Counted from the first letter of the stretch, positions 8,719-17,864 are shown. The stretch is 64,000 nt of DNA from Planctomycetota bacterium (GCA_021776735.1 JAJFFH010000008.1:4490-68489); one strand, 5' to 3'. The notes: generated from the letters alone by a model not told the origin. A program made the numbers and translations.

Positions 8719-10080
8719 CTACGGCGCCTCGCCGAACAGGGCGATGCCGGTGCGGATGCCGCGGTAGAAATCCTCGATCGGGTAGCGTTCGTTCGGGCTG
8801 TGCGCGCGTTCGCCCGGGGTGTAGGTGCCCAACAGGAGCGGCGGGGTCCCGAGGAGTTTCTGGAAGGTGTTCACGACCGGAATCGAGCCGCCCTCGCGCA
8901 TCAGCACGGGCGACTTGCCGAAGGCCGTTTCGAGGGCGCGGCACGCCGCCTTGGCCCACGGCGTCGTCGGGTTCGAGTACACCGCCTTCGCGACCGGGCC
9001 ACGCCGAATTTCGACGTTCACGGCGGACGGGGCGTGCTTTTCAAGGTGCGCGACCATGGCGCCCTGAACGTGCGCGGGATCTTGGCCCGGCACGAGGCGG
9101 CAGGTCATCTTGCAGCCGGCCTTGGCGGGCACGATGGTCTTGGAACCTTCGCCCTGGTAGCCGCCGAAAATGCCGTTGACCTCGACCGTCGGCCGCGCGG
9201 TTTTGCGCTCGAGCGTCGTGAAACCCGCCTCGCCAAACAGCGCGGGCGCGCCGGTCTCCGCAAGGTGCGCCTGCTCGTCGAACGGCACCTCGGCAATTCG
9301 CGCGCGCTCGGTGTCATCCACCGGCTGTACGCCGTCGTAGAACCCCTCGACCGCGACGCGGCCCTCGTCATCGTGCAGCGTCGCCACGAGCCGCGCCAGC
9401 GCCGTCGCCGGGTTGGCCACCGTGCCGCCGTAGGTGCCCGAGTGCAGGTCGCGCGCCGGTCCGGTGATGTTGATATCGACGACCACAAGTCCGCGCAGGC
9501 CGTAGCACAGAGACGGCACACCCGCTGCCGCACCGGACACGTCCGCGATCACGACGGCGTCGGCAGCAAGGTCCGCGGCGTGTTTTTCGAGATAGCGTTC
9601 GATGACGCGTCCGCCGACTTCTTCTTCACCCTCGATCACGACCTTGAGGTTGACCGGCAGCGAATCGGTCGCGGCGATCCAGCATTCGGCGGCCTGGATC
9701 ATCGCGAGCGTCGGCCCCTTGTCGTCCGCGCAGCCGCGCGCATAGATCACGCCGTCGCGCACCGTCGGCTCGAAGGGCGGCGTCTCCCAGAGATCGAGCG
9801 GCTCGGGCGGCTGCACGTCGTAGTGGCCGTACAAGAGCAGTGTCGGCTGGTCGAGGTTCTGGATCCGGCGGCCGTACACGGTCGGCAAGCCGCTGCCGTC
9901 CTCGTAGATCGCGGCGTCGATGCCGGCGGCCTCGAGCCGCGCGCGCACCCACTCCGCCCCGGCGCGCACGTCCTCCTCGTGCTCGCGCTGCGCCGATACC
10001 GATCGGATGCGCAAAAAATCAAAGAGCTCGTTCAAGTACCGGTCGCGGTTTGCTTCGAGGTGGGCCAGGGCTGCGTCCAT
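8719..10080 (-). CDS. M20/M25/M40 family dipeptidase
   Basis: LLLYGHYDVQPPEPLDLWETPPFEPTVRDGVIYARGCADDKGP and the downstream metal-ligand context are typical of M20 dipeptidases. 453 aa. Confidence 0.9.
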   Translation of the reverse strand: MDAALAHLEANRDRYLNELFDFLRIRSVSAQREHEEDVRAGAEWVRARLEAAGIDAAIYEDGSGLPTVYGRRIQNLDQPTLLLYGHYDVQPPEPLDLWETPPFEPTVRDGVIYARGCADDKGPTLAMIQAAECWIAATDSLPVNLKVVIEGEEEVGGRVIERYLEKHAADLAADAVVIADVSGAAAGVPSLCYGLRGLVVVDINITGPARDLHSGTYGGTVANPATALARLVATLHDDEGRVAVEGFYDGVQPVDDTERARIAEVPFDEQAHLAETGAPALFGEAGFTTLERKTARPTVEVNGIFGGYQGEGSKTIVPAKAGCKMTCRLVPGQDPAHVQGAMVAHLEKHAPSAVNVEIRRGPVAKAVYSNPTTPWAKAACRALETAFGKSPVLMREGGSIPVVNTFQKLLGTPPLLLGTYTPGERAHSPNERYPIEDFYRGIRTGIALFGEAP

Positions 10081-10083
10081 GGC

Positions 10084-10698
10084 TCACAAACTACCTTTCG
10101 CACGCAGCCGAGCAAGACGTGCGTCCCGGTCACCCGCGGCGGCGAGATCGTCCGGGGTGTCGATGTCGAACAGGATGTCGGCCGTGACGACCTCGCGATG
10201 GACGATTTCGTCCGCCCGTGCCCGCCAGATTTCGCGCGCCCCGCCCTCGTCGCCAAGCTCAAAAAAAGGCGCTCGATCACGGGCAAACGCCGGATGCCCG
10301 CGCCGCCCGCCATGGCAGGGAATGAGAAAGACAGGGGCCTGTCGCGCCGTAGCTCCGGGGAGCGAAGGCGAAACGGCGATCTCTTCGGCCAGCGAGCGGA
10401 TCAGGGCGGGAAAAAGCGCCGGCATGTCCGCGGGCGCAAACGCGAACGCGTGGTCGTCGGGAATCTTTTGCAGCCCAAGGCGCAGGGTCTCGATCATGGT
10501 GCGGCCCGCTCCGGCACGAATGACGCGCGGATCCTCCGGAATGCCACGCCCGGCGAACACCACGGGCGACAACCCGGCGTCCAGAAAATGCCCGCACGCG
10601 ATGTCCATGAGCCGGCGCCCGAAAAGCCGCGCCTCGAGCTTGGGCGCCCCGAAACGCGTCGATAAGCCGCCCCCGAGCAGGATCCCCGCGATCGCCAT
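10084..10698 (-). CDS. MobA-like NTP transferase (NTP_transf_3) family protein
   Basis: MAIAGILLGGGLSTRFGAPKLEA... is the nucleotide-binding loop of MobA/molybdenum-cofactor cytidylyl/guanylyl-transferase-like enzymes. The stop is 3 nt from the dipeptidase start. Confidence 0.75.
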   Translation of the reverse strand: MAIAGILLGGGLSTRFGAPKLEARLFGRRLMDIACGHFLDAGLSPVVFAGRGIPEDPRVIRAGAGRTMIETLRLGLQKIPDDHAFAFAPADMPALFPALIRSLAEEIAVSPSLPGATARQAPVFLIPCHGGRRGHPAFARDRAPFFELGDEGGAREIWRARADEIVHREVVTADILFDIDTPDDLAAAGDRDARLARLRAKGSL

Positions 10699-10704
10699 CA
10701 AAAC

Positions 10705-10710
10705 ACCGTA
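10705..10710 (-). promoter_or_regulatory. -10-like hexamer TACGGT, 6 nt before ATG 10698
   Basis: Bottom strand reads TACGGT-gttttg-ATG; back-to-back with the hexamer at 10719. Confidence 0.45.
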
Positions 10711-10718
10711 GCACCGCG

Positions 10719-10724
10719 TACACT
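10719..10724 (+). promoter_or_regulatory. -10-like hexamer TACACT, 7 nt before GTG 10732
   Basis: Supports GTG 10732 as the true start of the binding-protein gene. Confidence 0.5.
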
Positions 10725-10731
10725 CGCGACC

Positions 10732-11568
10732 GTGCGCGACATCGCCGTCCGTTTGCTTTTTTTCGTGGGGTTTTTGCTCACGGGCTGTGGGTGCGATGCT
10801 CCGGAGCCGCGGTCCGGGCCGATTCGGCGGGTCGTGTGCCTGCTGCCTTCGTTTACCGAAACGATGAGCGCGCTCGGGGCCGCGCCGATGCTCGTCGGGT
10901 GCACGCGGTTTTGCAAGGCGGACGCGGATGTGGCGCGCGTGCCGTGGCAGGACGCGGCGGCGGTCGAGGCGATCCTGCGCACCGATCCCGATCTCGTGAT
11001 CAAGCAGCGGTCGCGGCGCGCGCATGATCCGCTCGCGGACGCGCTCGCGCGCGCCGGCGTGCGCGTGCTGACGTTGCCCAGCGAGACGATCGCCGACGTG
11101 CGTGCCGCGATTTCGAAGTTGGGTGACGTGTTGGGGCGGGAGGAGGCGGCGCGGCGTCTGCTGACCCGCTTCGACGCGCGCTTGAAGGCGGTGCAGGAGA
11201 AGTATCGGGACCGCACGCGGCCGCGGGTGCTGTTTGTGTTCGACCGCGACCCGCAGGCGATTGCCAACGTGCGGGCAGCGGGGCCGGGCAGTTTTCTCGA
11301 CGAGCTGATTCACGCGGCGGGCGGGGCCAACGCGCTCGCGGACGCCGGGCGCGCGTATGTGTCCGTCGATCTCGAACGGCTCCTGCGCCTTGAGGCGGAC
11401 GTGATCATCGACAGCGTCCCGCAGGCCACCGGCGGGCTCGAACCGTGGCGCGAACTCAAGCACCTGACGGCCCGGGTGCACGCGGTGCGCGACGCGACGC
11501 TGCTGGTGCCCGGTCCCCGGCTCCCCGACGCCATCGCCGAGCTCGCAGAGCTGCTCCACGGAGAGTAG
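10732..11568 (+). CDS. periplasmic substrate-binding lipoprotein of an iron-siderophore/cobalamin-type ABC transporter
   Basis: Lipoprotein signal MRDIAVRLLFFVGFLLTGC. RRVVCLLPSFTETMSALGAAPMLVGCT resembles BtuF/FecB-type binding proteins. An ATPase and a FecCD permease follow in the same orientation. Confidence 0.8.
   Translation: MRDIAVRLLFFVGFLLTGCGCDAPEPRSGPIRRVVCLLPSFTETMSALGAAPMLVGCTRFCKADADVARVPWQDAAAVEAILRTDPDLVIKQRSRRAHDPLADALARAGVRVLTLPSETIADVRAAISKLGDVLGREEAARRLLTRFDARLKAVQEKYRDRTRPRVLFVFDRDPQAIANVRAAGPGSFLDELIHAAGGANALADAGRAYVSVDLERLLRLEADVIIDSVPQATGGLEPWRELKHLTARVHAVRDATLLVPGPRLPDAIAELAELLHGE
10738..10756 (+). repeat. ATCGCCGTCCGT motif copy (exact core 10741-10752, top strand) inside codons 3-9 of CDS 10732
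   Basis: GACATCGCCGTCCGTTTGC followed by a T7 run; encodes DIAVRLL of the signal peptide. Confidence 0.9.
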
Positions 11569-11574
11569 CCGGGT

Positions 11575-11580
11575 TACTCT
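11575..11580 (+). promoter_or_regulatory. -10-like hexamer TACTCT, 7 nt before GTG 11588
   Basis: TAnnnT hexamer at leaderless-type spacing. Confidence 0.4.
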
Positions 11581-11587
11581 TTAGTCT

Positions 11588-12358
11588 GTGATGAGACCTG
11601 TCCTCTTGTCCGCGGTCGTCGGATCCCTCCTGCTGTGCCGGTGCGCCGCGGACGAGCCCGCCGCGCCGCCCGCGAAGCCGACTCCGAGATCAATTCCGAA
11701 GTCGCCGCCCTCCCGGGATCTGCAGTTGGAACTCGACAACGCGCTCAAAAGAGGAGACTTCGTCGAAGCGGCGAGGCTTATCGAGCAGGGCGCCGACGTC
11801 AACGTCGCGGACGACGACGGCCAGCGGCTGATCCACGCGATATGCAATCCCCACGTCTATCGCGACGTGCTTGCGGCGGCGCGGTTCTTGAAAAAACAAG
11901 GCGCCGACCTGACGGCAAAGAGCAAGGACGGCTGGCCGCCGATCGCCGACGCGACGTGGTGGAGCCGCATCGACCTGATGGAGTTCTTTGCAAAGAACGG
12001 CGCGGATCTGACGGCCACGCAGCCGGGGCCGATTCACCGACCGAGGCCCGGCTACACCCTGCTGCACATCGCCGCGCTCCACAGCGACCCGGCGCCCGTG
12101 CAATGGCTGCTCAAGAAGGGACTTGAGGTCGACGCCAAGACATCGCGGGGCGACACGCCGCTGCTGTTCGCCGCGCACAAGGGATTCCCGAAAGTCGTCA
12201 GGGTGTTATTGCAAGACGGCGCGGACGCGACCGTCGTCGGCTACGAGAAAAAGACCGCGCGGCAGTTCGCGTTGGGAGGCATCGAGCGCTGGAAGAACGA
12301 CGCCGTGAATCGTGTGCGCTTTGAAGAGATCGTCTCCCTTTTGGACGCCGACAGATAG
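11588..12358 (+). CDS. secreted ankyrin-repeat protein
   Basis: Signal-like MMRPVLLSAVVGSLLLC. Ankyrin repeats include GADVNVADDDGQRLIHAI, GYTLLHIAALHSDPAPVQWLLKKGLEVDAKTSRGDTPLLFAAHKGFPKVVRVLLQDGAD. Confidence 0.85.
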   Translation: MMRPVLLSAVVGSLLLCRCAADEPAAPPAKPTPRSIPKSPPSRDLQLELDNALKRGDFVEAARLIEQGADVNVADDDGQRLIHAICNPHVYRDVLAAARFLKKQGADLTAKSKDGWPPIADATWWSRIDLMEFFAKNGADLTATQPGPIHRPRPGYTLLHIAALHSDPAPVQWLLKKGLEVDAKTSRGDTPLLFAAHKGFPKVVRVLLQDGADATVVGYEKKTARQFALGGIERWKNDAVNRVRFEEIVSLLDADR

Positions 12359-12366
12359 GCGTGCGA

Positions 12367-12388
12367 GACCTCGCCGTCCGTCCTTTGC
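12367..12388 (+). repeat. ATCGCCGTCCGT motif, variant copy
   Basis: GACCTCGCCGTCCGTCCTTTGC (one core mismatch plus a 2-nt insertion); 8 nt after stop 12358, upstream of the ABC ATPase. Confidence 0.7.
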
Positions 12389-12472
12389 CCGTCCGGGCTA
12401 CGGCGCGGCAGGACCGTCTGCTTTTGGTTCCGGTGTGCGCTCTTGTGGAAGTGAAACCGGCGGAGCTGCGAC

Positions 12473-13249
12473 GTGGGTAAGGAGGGGGGCGAGGGCAGCG
12501 GCGGCGAACTTGGGGCGCGCGGGTTGACCGTTCGCTTTTCGGGTCGTGCGGTGCTTGAGGGGCTCGATCTCGCCTTTCGCGACGGGGAGCGGACCGCGCT
12601 CCTGGGGCCCAACGGTTCGGGCAAGACGACGCTGCTCCGAGCTCTCGCCGGTGTGATCGCGCCGACTGCGGGAACGGTGACGCCTGCGGTCGGGTTGCCG
12701 CGTCGCGAGTTTGCCCGGCGGGTGGCGTACATGCCGCAGGCCGAACGCTGGGAGTTTCCGTTCACGGTCGAGGAGGTCGTGCGCGGTGGGCGTTACGTAC
12801 ACGCGGCCGGGCTGTTCGCCGAGTCGGCGGAGGATCACGCTGCTGTGGACACAGCGCTCGCCGCGCTCGGCCTGGCGTCGCTGCGCGCGCGCGTCGTAAC
12901 CGAGTTGTCGGGCGGCGAGCAGCGCCGCGTGGCACTCGCGCGCACGTTGGCGCAGCGCACACCCATCCTGCTGCTCGACGAGCCCACGACCGCCCTCGAC
13001 CTCGAGCACCGCCGTGCCGTGTTGTCGGTGCTGACGGATTGGCGGGGCACGCTGGTGTTGGCGACGCATGACTTTGCCGCCGCGTCGCGCCTGGATCGGG
13101 TCGTCTTGTTGCGCGCGGGGCAAGTCGTCGTCGACGGATCGCCGGACGCCGTGTTGACCGCTGACCACATCGAGAAGGCGTTCGGCGTGCGCGTGCGCGT
13201 CGTCGAAATCGGGGGCACGCGGCACGTCGTCGCGGAGGACGAGGCGTGA
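12473..13249 (+). CDS. ABC transporter ATP-binding protein (FecE/BtuD-like)
   Basis: Walker A GPNGSGKTT, signature LSGGEQRRV, Walker B ILLLDEPT. The start is uncertain; in-frame TTG 12524 would give MTVRFSGRAVLEGL... Confidence 0.9.
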   Translation: MGKEGGEGSGGELGARGLTVRFSGRAVLEGLDLAFRDGERTALLGPNGSGKTTLLRALAGVIAPTAGTVTPAVGLPRREFARRVAYMPQAERWEFPFTVEEVVRGGRYVHAAGLFAESAEDHAAVDTALAALGLASLRARVVTELSGGEQRRVALARTLAQRTPILLLDEPTTALDLEHRRAVLSVLTDWRGTLVLATHDFAAASRLDRVVLLRAGQVVVDGSPDAVLTADHIEKAFGVRVRVVEIGGTRHVVAEDEA

Positions 13250-14226
13250 GGCGGTTCGCGCGCGCGGGCAGCCCCGGCCGGTTTCTGCTCGGGGCGGCGG
13301 TGCTCTTTTTCGTCGCCGCGGTTGTCGCACCCTGGCTCGGCGGCTCCCTCGATCTCGATGCCGCGCGTGACCGGTACATCCTCGTGCACATCCGAATGCC
13401 GCGCGTGATGATGGGGTTGGTCTGCGGCGCCGGGCTCGCCGTCGCGGGCGTCGTCCTGCAGGCGATCTTGAAAAACCCGCTCGCCACGCCCTACACCCTC
13501 GGCGTCGCGAGCGGCGCCGCGCTCGCCGTCGTCTTGGCCATCGTCGCCGGGGTCGACTCGTTTTTGCCGCGCGCGCTGGGCCGGCCCATCGTCGGCATGA
13601 CGGGCGCGTTGAGCGTGATCTTCTTGACCTATCGCATCGCGTGGTGGCGCGGCCGATTGCCAACGCACACCCTGCTGCTCGCGGGCGTGGCGTTGACGTT
13701 TGTGTTCGGGTCGCTCATCGTGGCGCTGCAATACACGGCGACGCCGGACAGTGCCGTGCGCATCCTGCGCTGGCTGGTCGGCAGCCTCGAAACCGGCGTG
13801 GGCTTCATGCCGCCGCTGGTCACGGGCATCGCCGTCCTGATCTGTACGTTGCTGTTGATGCCCCTGACCCGCGCCTACAACGCCATGGCGGGCGGCGACG
13901 AGGCGGCGCTGGGCGTTGGCGTCGACGTGCCGCGCGTTATCAAGCGCAGCTATCTTCTGGCGTCGCTGATGGTCGGCGTGATCGTCGCGTTCGTCGGCCC
14001 GATCGCGTTCGTGGGTCTGATCGTGCCGCATACGCTGCGCCTGCTCGGGCTGGTCGACAACCGTTTTCTGCTGCCCGCGGCCGCGCTCGCGGGTGGCGCG
14101 TTTCTGGCCTTGTGCGACGGCGCGACGAACCTGATGCCGGCTCGCGATCTGCCCGTCGGCGTCCTGACCCCGCTGCTCGGCGGTCCGTTTTTCCTGTATC
14201 TGCTGGTGCGGGAGAAACGGGGTTGA
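13246..14226 (+). CDS. FecCD-family iron/cobalamin ABC transporter permease
   Basis: Multi-TM 326 aa with FecCD-type segments (NPLATPYTLGVASGAALAVVLA, GPIAFVGLIVPHTLRLL). 4-nt overlap with the ATPase gene. Confidence 0.9.
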   Translation: MRRFARAGSPGRFLLGAAVLFFVAAVVAPWLGGSLDLDAARDRYILVHIRMPRVMMGLVCGAGLAVAGVVLQAILKNPLATPYTLGVASGAALAVVLAIVAGVDSFLPRALGRPIVGMTGALSVIFLTYRIAWWRGRLPTHTLLLAGVALTFVFGSLIVALQYTATPDSAVRILRWLVGSLETGVGFMPPLVTGIAVLICTLLLMPLTRAYNAMAGGDEAALGVGVDVPRVIKRSYLLASLMVGVIVAFVGPIAFVGLIVPHTLRLLGLVDNRFLLPAAALAGGAFLALCDGATNLMPARDLPVGVLTPLLGGPFFLYLLVREKRG

Positions 14227-14255
14227 CTTGCGTCAGAAACGGGGCTCGGCGGTGC

Positions 14256-14261
14256 GAGAAT
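14256..14261 (+). promoter_or_regulatory. -10-like hexamer GAGAAT, 8 nt before ATG 14270
   Basis: xAxAAT hexamer at leaderless-type spacing. Confidence 0.4.
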
Positions 14262-14269
14262 AGCGGGGC

Positions 14270-14704
14270 ATGACCGGTCGGTTTTTGGGCAAGCTCAATT
14301 GGCTGACGCCGCTGCTGCTGCGCGGGTACCTCGGCGTCACGTTTTTTTACGTCCACGGGCTCACACGGCTGCGCGGCAAGGGCGAGATTTGGGACTGGGG
14401 CCGCGCGTGGGTCGAGTCCGTCGCGCCGCGCATCGAGCCGCAGGTCATCATGTTCGTGCCGCCGTGGATCGAATTCATCGGTGGTTTCGCGCTCCTGGCG
14501 GGCCTCATGACCCGGTGGGCGGCGCTGGTGCTCGCCGCGGTGGCCGGCTTCATGGCGTACCGGGAAGTCTGGCGCCACGGATTCACGCTGCCGCAGGGCT
14601 GGAGCGCCCCGGCGCTGTTTTTGATCGCCTGCGTGGTGCTGGCGATCCGCGGCCCCGGGAAGGTGTCTCTCGACCGCCTGTTTTTCGGCAAGGAAGCGGC
14701 GTAA
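14270..14704 (+). CDS. DoxX-family membrane protein
   Basis: 144 aa, four predicted TM helices. IEFIGGFALLAGLMTRWAALVLA is a DoxX-like core. Confidence 0.75.
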   Translation: MTGRFLGKLNWLTPLLLRGYLGVTFFYVHGLTRLRGKGEIWDWGRAWVESVAPRIEPQVIMFVPPWIEFIGGFALLAGLMTRWAALVLAAVAGFMAYREVWRHGFTLPQGWSAPALFLIACVVLAIRGPGKVSLDRLFFGKEAA

Positions 14705-14737
14705 GCGGCTTTTGACACGCGGGTGGCCCGGCGCGCG

Positions 14738-14743
14738 TAGGAT
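14738..14743 (+). promoter_or_regulatory. -10-like hexamer TAGGAT, 7 nt before GTG 14751; TTGACA at 14712-14717
   Basis: TTGACA-20 nt-TAGGAT-7 nt-GTG. The ORF-track start at 14712 is the TTG of the -35-like hexamer. Confidence 0.5.
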
Positions 14744-14750
14744 CATTGCC

Positions 14751-15725
14751 GTGCGCTTTCTCCCGCCGGTCTTCCTCGTCTTTGTTGCGACCGCATTTCC
14801 GACACCGACCGTCGCCGAGGGCGATTCGTCGCTGGAATTCGGCGAGAAACCGTTTCAGGCCCGAACGCTCGAGTTCGAGGTCGCCGTACCCAAGGGCTGG
14901 GATTCTCGCGGCGACCATCGCGCGCTGATCGTGCAGGCGCCGACCAATGGTCCGGCCTTTCGCGTCACGCGCGAACCGATGCTTTGGGACCCCAAGCAGT
15001 ACGCCGCCCTATGGAAGGCCGAACTCGACGAGGCCGGCGTCAAGGTCGAACGGATCGAGCCGGTCCGTGCGGGAGGAGACAAGGGCTGGAAAGCGCAATG
15101 GGGGGGCGGGGGCAGAACGATCACCGCGTGCCGCATCCACGCTGGCGCCAACGAGATGCTCTACAACTTCGCGTTCTCGGTTCCCGCGGGCTACGCGGCG
15201 GACGATCTGGATGATCTGCTTGAGGGCGTGCTGCGCTCGTTCAAGTGCACCGCACCCAAGAAACCGAAACTGCGTTTCAAGCCGGTCCAGTTCACCCCCG
15301 TGTCCAGGGCGAGAGGTGAGCTACCGGACTTCTTTGTGAAACAGGGCGGACGGATGTCGCGGACCGCGCGCTTCGCCAAGATCGTTCCCGGTTACGCCCA
15401 GCCGCGCGTCGCCGCCGAGGTTCTGCTCGACCTTGCGAAGTTGCCCGCCGAGGATTGCGCGAAGATAACGGTGGCCGAAAGACTCAAGGCCATGACCGGG
15501 TGCAAGAAAACGCCGCGAGCCAAGAAGGACAAGCTGGGCAAGCGGAAAGGGTTCAGCCTCAAGGCGAAGGGGGTCGTCCGCAGCGGCATTGCGAAGGAGG
15601 GGCTCGCCTTTGTCTGGCCGGCGGGCCGCCAGCACGCTTTCTACCTGATCGTGGTCGTGGACCGGCGCGAGACGCGGCTCTACAAGAAGCTCCTCAAGGA
15701 GATCTTCGCGCGCGCCATACGATGA
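14751..15725 (+). CDS. secreted hypothetical protein
   Basis: In frame with ORF 14712..15725. GTG 14751 gives the signal peptide VRFLPPVFLVFVATAFPTPTVAEG. No domain recognised. Confidence 0.6.
   Translation: MRFLPPVFLVFVATAFPTPTVAEGDSSLEFGEKPFQARTLEFEVAVPKGWDSRGDHRALIVQAPTNGPAFRVTREPMLWDPKQYAALWKAELDEAGVKVERIEPVRAGGDKGWKAQWGGGGRTITACRIHAGANEMLYNFAFSVPAGYAADDLDDLLEGVLRSFKCTAPKKPKLRFKPVQFTPVSRARGELPDFFVKQGGRMSRTARFAKIVPGYAQPRVAAEVLLDLAKLPAEDCAKITVAERLKAMTGCKKTPRAKKDKLGKRKGFSLKAKGVVRSGIAKEGLAFVWPAGRQHAFYLIVVVDRRETRLYKKLLKEIFARAIR
15718..15723 (+). promoter_or_regulatory. -10-like hexamer TACGAT, 9 nt before GTG 15733
   Basis: Lies within the 3' end of the upstream gene. Confidence 0.4.
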
Positions 15726-15732
15726 CGCCCCC

Positions 15733-15999
15733 GTGGGCAAGTTCGTCCTTATCTACCTGGCGGTTGTCAACCTGCTGACGTTCGGCGTCTACGGCTGGGA
15801 CAAGCGCCGCGCCGCGAAGGGCCAGCGCCGCATCTCGGAGCGCGAACTGCTCTTGTGGGCCGTGGCGGGCGGCTCGATCGGCGCGTTCTTCGCGATGCGC
15901 AGGTTTCGCCACAAGACCCGGAAGAAGAGCTTTCGCCTGGCCTTTTGGGCCATCGTCGCCCTTCAGATCGTGGGTATCTGGTTCCTCGTCTGGCGGTGA
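15733..15999 (+). CDS. DUF1294-family small membrane protein
   Basis: LLTFGVYGWDKRRAAKGQRRISERELLLWAVAGGSIGAFFAMRRFRHKTRKKSF matches my memory of the DUF1294 signature. Confidence 0.8.
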   Translation: MGKFVLIYLAVVNLLTFGVYGWDKRRAAKGQRRISERELLLWAVAGGSIGAFFAMRRFRHKTRKKSFRLAFWAIVALQIVGIWFLVWR

Positions 16000-16247
16000 A
16001 TCCGCGCTTCGCGCGCATTCACCAGTGGGGCGGTTACGTCGGTTTCAGCGGTTCGGATCTTCCTCCTGGCGTGTGCGCCGGGTAGGTGGGCGCTCTGCTG
16101 GCAGTCCATACCGAGCCCGGCACAAAAGAGCGAACCTAGGCCGGGGCGTGCCGGCATGCGAATGACGCAACCTGTTGTTTTGGAACGGGTTATGGAAGAC
16201 GATCGGAGTCTCAGTGACCGGCGGGCTCGGGGCTCGGCACCGGGGTG

Positions 16248-16535
16248 TCAACCACCTGAGATCGCTTGGTGGACGAGGATCTCGTCGCCGTCGGCCAGCT
16301 TGATCTTGGGGATCTCGTGGCGGTGCACGCTCTCGCCATTGACGATGCAGAGGATGTGCGGGCGAAGCTCGCCCGACGCGAGCGTGAGATGGTGGCGCAG
16401 TTGCGGCAACGCCTCGTAGGCCGCTTCGAAGGCTTCGGGCAGATTCCGCCCGCGCACTTCGATGCGGTCCCGTCCGACCGCGACCTTCAGGACCGCGGGC
16501 AATCGCAGCTCAACCCGGGGTGCGTCGTTCGTCAT
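16248..16535 (-). CDS. MoaD/ThiS-family ubiquitin-like sulfur-carrier protein
   Basis: 95 aa ending ...GDEILVHQAISGG (C-terminal Gly-Gly). 4-nt overlap (ATGA) with the upstream BNR-like gene. Confidence 0.8.
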   Translation of the reverse strand: MTNDAPRVELRLPAVLKVAVGRDRIEVRGRNLPEAFEAAYEALPQLRHHLTLASGELRPHILCIVNGESVHRHEIPKIKLADGDEILVHQAISGG

Positions 16536-17653
16536 TCGATGACCGCCGCCGCTACCGAGTAGACGGGCGGGAGGTAGTCGGCTGCCAACTGCCAGCTTGC
16601 GCCTTCATCCGCGCTTGCGAACACCTGGCCGCCCGCGGTGCCGAAGTAGACGCCGCACGGAGTGCTCGGGTCCGAAGCCATCGCCTGGCGCAGGACGCTG
16701 ACATAGGCATTCTTGCTGGGCAGACCCCTCGCGAGTTTTTTCCAGCGACCGCCCTTCCCCGACCGGTAGACCCGCAGCGCCCCGTTCGTTGCTCGAAACG
16801 CGTAGCCCTCCGGCTCGAGGGGGATCACGTAGCAGGTGTGCGGGTCGCGTGGGTGCACGGCCAGTCCGAAACCGAAATCGTAAGGCAGCCCGTCATCGAT
16901 GCGCTGCCAGGAATCGCCGTGATCGGCTGAACGGTACACGCCGACATGGTTTTGCTGGAAGAGGACACCCGGCGCCGCCGAATGCACGAGGAGCTTGTGT
17001 ACTCACGTACCGACGTCCGACTCCTGCGGCGCACCGACATAGTCCGCGACACACGAGTTGATCGGGGTCCACTTCTGGCCGCCATCGTCGGTCCGAAACG
17101 CTCCCGCCGCGGAAATCGCGACGTACATCCGGTTTGCATCGTGCGGATCGACCTGGATGCTGTGCAGGCACTGGCCCCCCGCACCCGGACTCCAATCCTT
17201 GCGCGTCCGGTGGCGATTCAACCCTTCGACCGGCTCCCACGAACGGCCCCGATCCTCGCTGCGAAACAGGCCGGCGGGTGCCGTGCCCGCGTACAGCACG
17301 CTCTTTTGCCGCGCCGGACCGGGCGCGATGATCCACACCCGGTTCGTCGCATCGAGCCCGTACTCCTTGGCGAACTTGGCGGCCTTCGGGTTGAGCTTCG
17401 GAAACGCGGGCGGCTGCTTCGCCGGCTTGAAACGCTGCGTCGCGAGATCGGCGGACAGCGTCGTGCACCCGAACGTGAAATTCGACGCCGCCGCATGCAG
17501 GCGCGGCGCACCCCGCGTATCCACGACGGCGTGCGGAACCGACCACCCCTTGAGCAGCGGTCCGGTGATCTTCCAACGCTTGCGCCCGCCTCCGGATTCC
17601 AGCAGAAACAGCCCACGCTTCGTGCCTACACTGAGAATCGTTCGTTTCGCCAT
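16532..17653 (-). CDS. BNR/sialidase-like beta-propeller protein with an in-frame TGA (17003-17005), candidate selenoprotein
   Basis: ORFs 17003..17653 and 16532..16987 are in the same frame and separated only by TGA plus 5 sense codons. The joined product is collinear: ...GGQCLHSIQVDPHDANRMYVAISAAGAFRTDDGGQKW...DVGT-TGA-VHKLLVHSAAPGVLFQQNHVGVYRSADHGDSW... The TGA sits where the preceding blade has Cys. Confidence 0.7.
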
Positions 17654-17710
17654 CGGTTCGCGCCTCCCTGCCGAGCCGGAATCGTAGCAGAGAACAAACT
17701 CGCAAAAACA

Positions 17711-17728
17711 GCAAACGGACGGCGATAT
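17711..17728 (-). repeat. ATCGCCGTCCGT motif copy (exact core 17715-17726, bottom strand)
   Basis: GCAAACGGACGGCGATAT; sense orientation about 60 nt upstream of the minus-strand start at 17653. Confidence 0.9.
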
Positions 17729-17864
17729 TTGGAGAATCCGCTGCGCGTATTCTCCTAGTCCGGGCCGCCGTTCGGCGGCCCCAGCGGCGCGCGCGCCAAC
17801 GGTCCTGTTGAGTTTGTCGATGTGCCTCGTCGTCCGTACGCTTACGTCGCGTCGGAACGCCGGA

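Noticed and set aside
15997-16021. Hairpin TGAATCCGCGC-TTC-GCGCGCATTCA overlapping the DUF1294 stop codon, as a terminator.
   Set aside because: It is a good 11-bp stem with one mismatch, but no U-run follows. I cannot support calling it an intrinsic terminator.
16000-16250. Search for tRNA (including tRNA-Sec), rRNA or other RNA genes in the larger intergenic gaps (16000-16250, 17654-17865, 47198-47322).
   Set aside because: I could find no cloverleaf-compatible arms or T-loop (GGTTCRANYC with a flanking stem). By-eye inspection cannot exclude small RNAs.
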